A stretch of 64,000 bases of DNA from an uncultured Acidobacteriota bacterium (lineage in GTDB: Bacteria; Acidobacteriota; Thermoanaerobaculia; UBA5066; DATFVB01), in assembly GCA_963813155.1 (NCBI GenBank), contig CAWEYG010000004.1, positions 1 through 64,000 on the forward strand, read 5' to 3'. Made by a program: the position numbers and the translations under genes. Numbering within the stretch: the first letter of the stretch is position 1; each line of letters begins with the position of its first letter. The notes under the pieces were generated by a model that saw only the letters and a program-made list of their open reading frames with translations, did not search any database and was not told the origin of the DNA. This document shows positions 58,007-64,000 of this stretch, piece after piece.

Positions 58007-59413
58007 ATGCCGACACTCGAAGTTTTCAACACGTTCGGGCGAAAGCTCCAGCCGCTCGTTCCGATCGAGCCGGGTCACGTTCGGATGTATACGTGCGGGC
58101 CGACGATCTACAACGACGTGCACATCGGGAACCTCCGGACCTTCCTCTGGGAGGACGTCCTGCGAAGGACGCTCAGGCGATTCGGGTACCGAGTGACGCA
58201 GGTGATGAACCTCACCGACGTCGACGACAAGACCATTCGAGGAGCGTCGGAAGCGCGGATGGATCTGCGCGCTTTCACCGAGAAGCACGCCGAGTCCTTC
58301 TTCCGGGATCTCGAGACGCTCGGCGTCGAGCGGGCGGAATTCTACCCGCGAGCGACGGATCACATCCCGGAGATGATCGCGATAGCGGAGAAGCTTCGGG
58401 ACCGCGGCCACACGTACGAGAGCGACGGCTCGCTGTGGTTCAAGATCTCGACGTTCGCGCCCTACGGCCGCCTCTCGGGGATCGACCTTTCGCAGGCGAG
58501 GCAGGGGTCCCGCGTCGCGGACGACGAATACGAGAAGGACGACCCGAAGGATTTCGCGCTCTGGAAGGCCGCGAAGGAAGGGGAGCCGGCGTGGGACTCG
58601 CCGTTCGGCCGAGGCCGGCCCGGATGGCATCTCGAATGTTCCGCGATGTCAATGAAGTATCTCGGCCCGCAATTCGACATTCATACCGGCGCCGTCGACA
58701 ACATCTTTCCGCACCACGAGAACGAGATCGCCCAGAGCGAGGGAGCGACGGGCGAGCGCTTCGTCAACTTCTGGCTGCACGCCGAGCACCTGATCGTGGA
58801 CGGCGAGAAAATGTCCAAATCGAAGGGGAACTTCTATCTCCTCCGCGACGTTCTCGCGAAGCGAAACGACCCCTCCGCCCTGCGCTACATGTTCCTCTCC
58901 GTTCCCTACCGAAAGAAACTCAACTTCACGTTCGAGGCGCTCGCGGGAGCCGGGACGGCCGTCGAGAGGATTCGCGCGCTGGATCGGCGGCTCGGCGATC
59001 TCGAACACGCGGCGGGCCGCGCCGCGGCAGCGCCGTTCGACGCCGAGTCCCGGGCCGCGAAGTTCGAAAGCGACTTCGACGAGGGGTTGGCCGACGATCT
59101 CAACACGGCGCGGGCGCTCGCCTCGCTGTTCGACTTTCTTCGGGACGTCAATCTCGCGGCCGACGGGAATGCGCTCGACGCCGCAGGCGCGGCGATGTGC
59201 CGGGCCGCGCTGCGGCGTTCGGACTCGGTGCTTGGAATTCTTCCGGCGGGAGACGATTTGCTGCCGGCCGAGATCGAGCGCCTTCTCGCGGAACGGTTGG
59301 AGGCCCGGAGAAAGCGCGATTTCGCCCGCTCCGACGCGATCCGGGACGAGCTCGTCGGCAACGGCATCCTCCTCGAGGACACTCCGCAGGGGACGCGCTG
59401 GAAGAAGGCGTGA
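58007..59413 (+). CDS. cysS: Cysteine--tRNA ligase
   Basis: MYTCGPT..HIGN, DFALWK, GRPGWHLECS, FPHHENE, KMSKS. Confidence 0.97.
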   Translation: MPTLEVFNTFGRKLQPLVPIEPGHVRMYTCGPTIYNDVHIGNLRTFLWEDVLRRTLRRFGYRVTQVMNLTDVDDKTIRGASEARMDLRAFTEKHAESFFRDLETLGVERAEFYPRATDHIPEMIAIAEKLRDRGHTYESDGSLWFKISTFAPYGRLSGIDLSQARQGSRVADDEYEKDDPKDFALWKAAKEGEPAWDSPFGRGRPGWHLECSAMSMKYLGPQFDIHTGAVDNIFPHHENEIAQSEGATGERFVNFWLHAEHLIVDGEKMSKSKGNFYLLRDVLAKRNDPSALRYMFLSVPYRKKLNFTFEALAGAGTAVERIRALDRRLGDLEHAAGRAAAAPFDAESRAAKFESDFDEGLADDLNTARALASLFDFLRDVNLAADGNALDAAGAAMCRAALRRSDSVLGILPAGDDLLPAEIERLLAERLEARRKRDFARSDAIRDELVGNGILLEDTPQGTRWKKA

Positions 59414-59418
59414 GGCTG

Positions 59419-59504
59419 GCTGTCATTGCGAGGAGCATCGCGACGAAGCAATCTGACCTTCGGATCAGATCGCCACGCCCGCTTCGCGGGCTCGCGATGA
59501 CAGC
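59419..59504. repeat. GTCATTGCGAG-type palindromic (REP/RPE-like) element
   Basis: Terminal inverted repeat GCTGTCATTGCGAG / CTCGCGATGACAGC with internal hairpins ATCTGA-CCTTCGGA-TCAGAT and CCCGC-TTC-GCGGG. Confidence 0.8.
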
Positions 59505-59507
59505 GCC

Positions 59508-62111
59508 ATGACCCTCTCCGCCGGGACCCGGCTCGGGCCCTACGAGATCGTTTCGCCGCTCGGCGCGGGCGGCATGGGCGAGGTGTACAAGGCGCGCGAC
59601 ACGCGACTCGGGCGCGAAGTCGCCGTCAAGGTCCTGCCGGAGACGTTCGCGCGGGATCCCGAACGTCTCACGCGCTTCGAACGCGAGGCGCGCGCGGCGT
59701 CCGCCCTGTCCGATCCGCACATCGTCGCGGTGTACGACGTCGGCCGCGAAGGCGAAACGCACTTTTTCGTGAGCGAGCTCGTCGAGGGCTCGGACCTTCG
59801 AAGCCGGCTGGAATCGGGAGGCCTGCCGGCGAAAAAGGCTCTCGAGCTGGCCGAGCAGATCGCGAGCGGCCTCGCGGCCGCCCACGAGAAAGGAATCGTC
59901 CATCGCGATCTCAAGCCGGAGAACATCCTGATCACGAAATCCGGACTGGCCAAGATCGCCGACTTCGGGCTCGCGAAGCTCACGGAGTCTTCGGAGGCGG
60001 GCGTTTCGGAGCTGCCCGACTTCCGACGGGCATCAGACGACGGCCGGCGTCGTCATGGGAACGGTCAGCTACATGTCGCCGGAGCAGGCTCGCGGAGGGA
60101 CGGTCGATTTCCGGTCGGATCAGTTTTCCTTCGGGTCGATCCTCTACGAGATGCTGACCGGAAAGCAGGCCTTCAAGAGGGGCAGCGCGCCGGAAACGAT
60201 GTCCGCCATCATCCGGGAGGAGCCGTTGCCCGTGGCGGAGATCGCGCCGGGCGTCGCGGCGCCGCTGGCCTGGCTCGTCGAGCGATGTCTGGCGAAGGAC
60301 CCTCAGGAGCGATTCGCCTCGACCCGCGACCTCGCGCGCGACCTCGCGAGCCTGAGTCAGCATTTGTCGGCATCGGCCACCGGTCTCCGCCGACGCTCGC
60401 CGCGGCATCGAATCGACGTCCGCTCGCCCTGCCTCTCGCGGCGGCGGCGATCGTCGCGGCCGGCTGTTCTCGGCGCGCTTCTCGCGCGGCAGCAGCGGCG
60501 CGCCCCGACTGCCGACTCTCCAGCAGCTCACGTTTCGCCGCGGAGTCGTGACCGGCGCCCGTTTCACGCCGGACGGCCGGAGCATCGTCTACTCGGCCCG
60601 CTGGGGCGGCGGCCAGAGCGGCGATCTACTCGGTCCGGCCCGCGAGCCCGGAATCGCGGTCGCTCGAGATTCCGGGAGCGACACTCCTGGCCGTCTCGTC
60701 GAACGAAGAGCTCGCGATCAAGCTTCGCCCGAAGCTGTGGAGCGGGTTTCTGCACGGCACGCTCGGGCGCGTGCCGTTCGGCGGCGGCGTTCCGCGCGAG
60801 GTGATGGACAACGTTCAGGACGCCGACTGGACGCCCGACGGCAGCTCTCTCGCCGTTCTTCGTTTCGGTCTCTCGGCGGCGGTGCGCTGGGTGATCGAGC
60901 TTCCGCCCGGGAAAACGCTCTACGAAGATCCCTCCGCGCCCGTCATCGGGGTCCGGATATCGCCCGACGGCTCACGCCTCGCGGTGGCGGAGGGAGGGTT
61001 TCTCGGGCTTCCGACGGCGATCCGTCGTCGTCGACCGAAGCGGAAAAGCCCGCGTGCTCGCGGAGGCGGTCGTGACCGGCGTCGCCTGGTCGGCTGGCGG
61101 CGGAGAGATCTGGTTTTCGCAGGACGACGGCGTCGGCTCGAGCAGTTTGTGGGCCGTCGACTCTCTCGGGCAGGAAGCGCCTGATCCTTCGCCACGCGGG
61201 AGCGATGATCCTGCGGGACATCTCCCGCGACGGAGCCGTTCTCGCCACCGTCGGGCATCCGCAACTGAGCGTGATGTTCAAGGGCCCGGGCGACTCGGCG
61301 GAGCAGGATCTGGCGTGGCTCGACGGCTCGCAGGCCGTGGCGATCTCGGAGGACGGGAAGACGCTGCTTCTCAACGAAACGGGTGTCGGCGCGGGACCGG
61401 GGGGAGCCTTCTATCTTCGGAGCCACCGACGGCTCGCCCGCCGTCCGGCTCGGCGAGGGCATCGCAAACGCGCTCTCGGCCGACGGAAAATGGGTCACGG
61501 CGAGGCCTCGGGAGTCTCGCGACCGCGTCATGGTCGTGCCGACCGGCGCCGGGCAGACCCGCACGATCCGGCTCCCTTACGGCTGCGATCAGTGGTGGTT
61601 CTTTCCCGACGGCAAGCGGCTTCTCGTCAACGGCGTGCTTCCCGGGAGCAACGCGCCCGGGATCAGCTCGATCGGGCTCGACGGGCAGAATCCGAAGCGA
61701 ATCGCGCCGGATGGATGGGACAGCTTCTTCGGCGAGGTGCCGATCTCGCCCGACGGGAAATGGATCGACAGCCAGAGCGGCGGGTTGGACGACGTTTCCC
61801 TTCGGCTCTATCCGACGGACGGAAGCCTCGCTTTCCGGACCGTGCCGGGCTTCGAGTCGGACGACGTCGTGATGCGCTGGACGCCCGACGGCCGGGGCCT
61901 CTACGTTTTCAAGCGCAACGAGCTGCCGGCCAGGGTCTTTCGCCTCGACATCGAAACCGGAAAGAGGACGCTCCTGTTCGCTCTGAAACCGGAGGACGGC
62001 GCGGGCGTGACGAGGATCCCGATCGTCGTGATGACTCCCGACGCAAAGTCGTACGCCTACAACATCACGCGCGAGCTTTCGGACCTGTATTTGATTCGAG
62101 GGTTGAAATGA
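59508..62111 (+). CDS. Hanks-type Ser/Thr kinase with TM segment and TolB-like beta-propeller (several frameshifts)
   Basis: [41 protein letters not shown], and repeated SPDG/TPDG blades to ..[10 protein letters not shown]. Confidence 0.88.
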
Positions 62112-62151
62112 CCCGTCTTCGCGATCCTCGCTTCGGCGCGGCGAGCCCATC

Positions 62152-64000
62152 ATGAGCCTATCGGGCGGCACACGTCTCGGACCTTACGAGATCCTCTCGC
62201 CGCTCGGCGCCGGCGGGATGGGCGAGGTTTACCGGGCGCGCGACACGAAGCTCGATCGCGGCGTGGCGATCAAGATCCTCCCGGAGCGCCTTGCGACCGA
62301 TGAGGACGCCCTCGAGAGGTTCGAGCGCGAGGCGAAGGCGGTCGCGGCGCTCAACCATCCCAACATCCTGGGGATCTACGACTTCGGAAAAGAGGGGAGC
62401 GTCTCGTATGCCGCGATGGAGCTTCTCGAAGGCGAAACCCTTCGGGAGAAGCTCGGTTCTCCTGTTCCCGTTCGAAAGGCGATCGAATACGCGGTCCAAG
62501 TTGCCCAGGGCCTCGCGGCTGCCCACGAAAAGGGGATCGTTCACCGTGACCTAAAACCCGAAAACCTGTTCGTCACAAACGACGGCCGCGTCAAGATCCT
62601 CGACTTCGGTCTCGCGAAGGTCGTTGCGGCCGAGATTCCGGGAACCAACGCGCCGACCGCCGCCCTCGGCACCGAACCCGGTGTCGTGATGGGGACGGTC
62701 GGCTACATGTCTCCCGAACAGGTGAGGGCGCGGCCGGCCGACCACCGCTCGGACATTTTTTCCTTCGGCGCGATCCTCTACGAAATGCTCTCGGGCAAGC
62801 GTGCCTTCCGCGGCGACTCCGCCGCCGAGACGATGGCCGCCATCGCGAACACAGACCCGCCGGAGCTTTCGACGACGAGTGCGAACGTCTCGCCGACGCT
62901 CGACGGGATTGTCCGGCACTGTCTCGAGAAGAGCCCGTCGGAACGCTTTCAGTCGGCTCGCGACCTTGCCTTCGACCTGCAGGCATCCTCGACATCATCG
63001 GCGCGAAGCGGAACCACGGCGCGCTTCGCGGGCCGCGGCGTTCGCATTCCCACGCTCGCGGCGGCGGTCGCGGCGGTCGCGGTGGTTCTCGCGCTCTCGG
63101 CGGCGTTTCGGGTGGGGTCGGCCGTCGGCGAGCGGCGGGCCCGGTCGCATCCTCCGAGTTTTCAGCGGCTGACGTTCCGCCGGGGGACGGTCCTGGACGC
63201 GAGATTTTCGAGCGACGGAAAGACTCTGGTGTATTGCGCCGCGTGGCAGGGAGAGCCTCCGTCGCTCTACTCGGCTCGCGCGACGGCCCCGCAGTCCCAG
63301 AAGCTCGATCTGCCGCCCGCGACTCTCTTCTCGATTTCGCGGTCGGACGAAGTGCTCGATCGGCCTCGGCTGGCACTTCACGATCGGCTACACGTCCGAA
63401 GCGACGCTCGCGCGGGCGGGGATCTCGGGGGGAGCGCCGAAACCGATTGCCGAGCGCGTCGTTTCGGCGGACTGGAGCCCGGATGGCCAGACGATGGCGA
63501 TCTCCCGGTTCGTGGGCGAGAGCAACGTTCTCGAGTATCCGATCGGGCACGTCCTCTATTCGACGGTCAACTGGATCGACAACGTTCGAGTTTCGGCCGA
63601 CGGAAATCGGGTGGCTTTCGCCGACCACGACGTCCGGGGCGACAGCGCGGGAGACGTGGTCGTGATCGACCGGCAGGGCAAGACAAGGAAGATCATCCGG
63701 GCGGCGAAGAGCATCGCCAATCTCGTGTGGTCGCCCGACGGACGCGAGATCTGGTGGAGCGGCGACCGAACGGGCAACGCCAACGTGGTCGAAGCCGTCG
63801 ATCTCTCCGGCCGCGAGCGCGCGGTTTTTGGGAGCGGAGCGAGCAGTGTCGTGTCGGACATTTCCGCGACCGGGGGAGCGCTCATGATTCAGTCCAGCGC
63901 CCGGCGCGAGTTGAGTCTGGTGACGCGGGAGTCGCCCGCCGAGCGCGACCTGTCGTGGCTCGACTGGTCCTTCCCGACCGATCTCTCGGCGGACGGCCGC
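62152..64000 (+). CDS. Second Ser/Thr kinase-propeller paralog (partial, frameshifted, runs off the window)
   Basis: [64 protein letters not shown], later WSPDG repeats. Confidence 0.88.
   Translation, partial: MSLSGGTRLGPYEILSPLGAGGMGEVYRARDTKLDRGVAIKILPERLATDEDALERFEREAKAVAALNHPNILGIYDFGKEGSVSYAAMELLEGETLREKLGSPVPVRKAIEYAVQVAQGLAAAHEKGIVHRDLKPENLFVTNDGRVKILDFGLAKVVAAEIPGTNAPTAALGTEPGVVMGTVGYMSPEQVRARPADHRSDIFSFGAILYEMLSGKRAFRGDSAAETMAAIANTDPPELSTTSANVSPTLDGIVRHCLEKSPSERFQSARDLAFDLQASSTSSARSGTTARFAGRGVRIPTLAAAVAAVAVVLALSAAFRVGSAVGERRARSHPPSFQRLTFRRGTVLDARFSSDGKTLVYCAAWQGEPPSLYSARATAPQSQKLDLPPATLFSISRSDEVLDRPRLALHDRLHVRSDARAGGDLGGSAETDCRARRFGGLEPGWPDDGDLPVRGREQRSRVSDRARPLFDGQLDRQRSSFGRRKSGGFRRPRRPGRQRGRRGRDRPAGQDKEDHPGGEEHRQSRVVARRTRDLVERRPNGQRQRGRSRRSLRPRARGFWERSEQCRVGHFRDRGSAHDSVQRPARVESGDAGVARRARPVVARLVLPDRSLGGRP

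Overview
A high-GC, gene-dense bacterial chromosomal segment. The gene content (PadR plus a duplicated orphan ABC permease, tandem Ser/Thr kinase-propeller genes, squalene-hopene cyclase, FecR/DUF6600-like protein) suggests Acidobacteriota, which is an inference. About 50 CDS and one tRNA-Arg(CCT) are recognisable. No integrase, transposase, CRISPR array or rRNA was seen. At least 13 otherwise intact genes carry single-base frameshifts, most simply explained as long-read assembly errors. Main blocks: shc; imuA-imuB-dnaE2 mutasome cassette; PadR-permease-DJ-1; a solute-binding protein / hybrid kinase / receiver / EAL operon flanked by two more orphan solute-binding proteins; xth and peptidases; a translationally coupled operon of an asparagine-synthetase-like ATP pyrophosphatase, a RaSEA-like radical SAM enzyme and a flavin-dependent halogenase (best candidate for an undescribed pathway); an ECF sigma module; a heterodimeric ABC exporter; a nucleoside ABC importer; beta-oxidation genes; def; cysS; two kinases. 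Non-coding signals: a palindromic element inserted in frame in imuB with an exact 27-bp inverted copy in dnaE2, a three-copy ~140-170 bp repeat, sigma54-like and ECF-like promoters, and -10 boxes 6-8 nt before nine start codons (probable leaderless mRNAs). All calls come from manual motif reading, not database searches.
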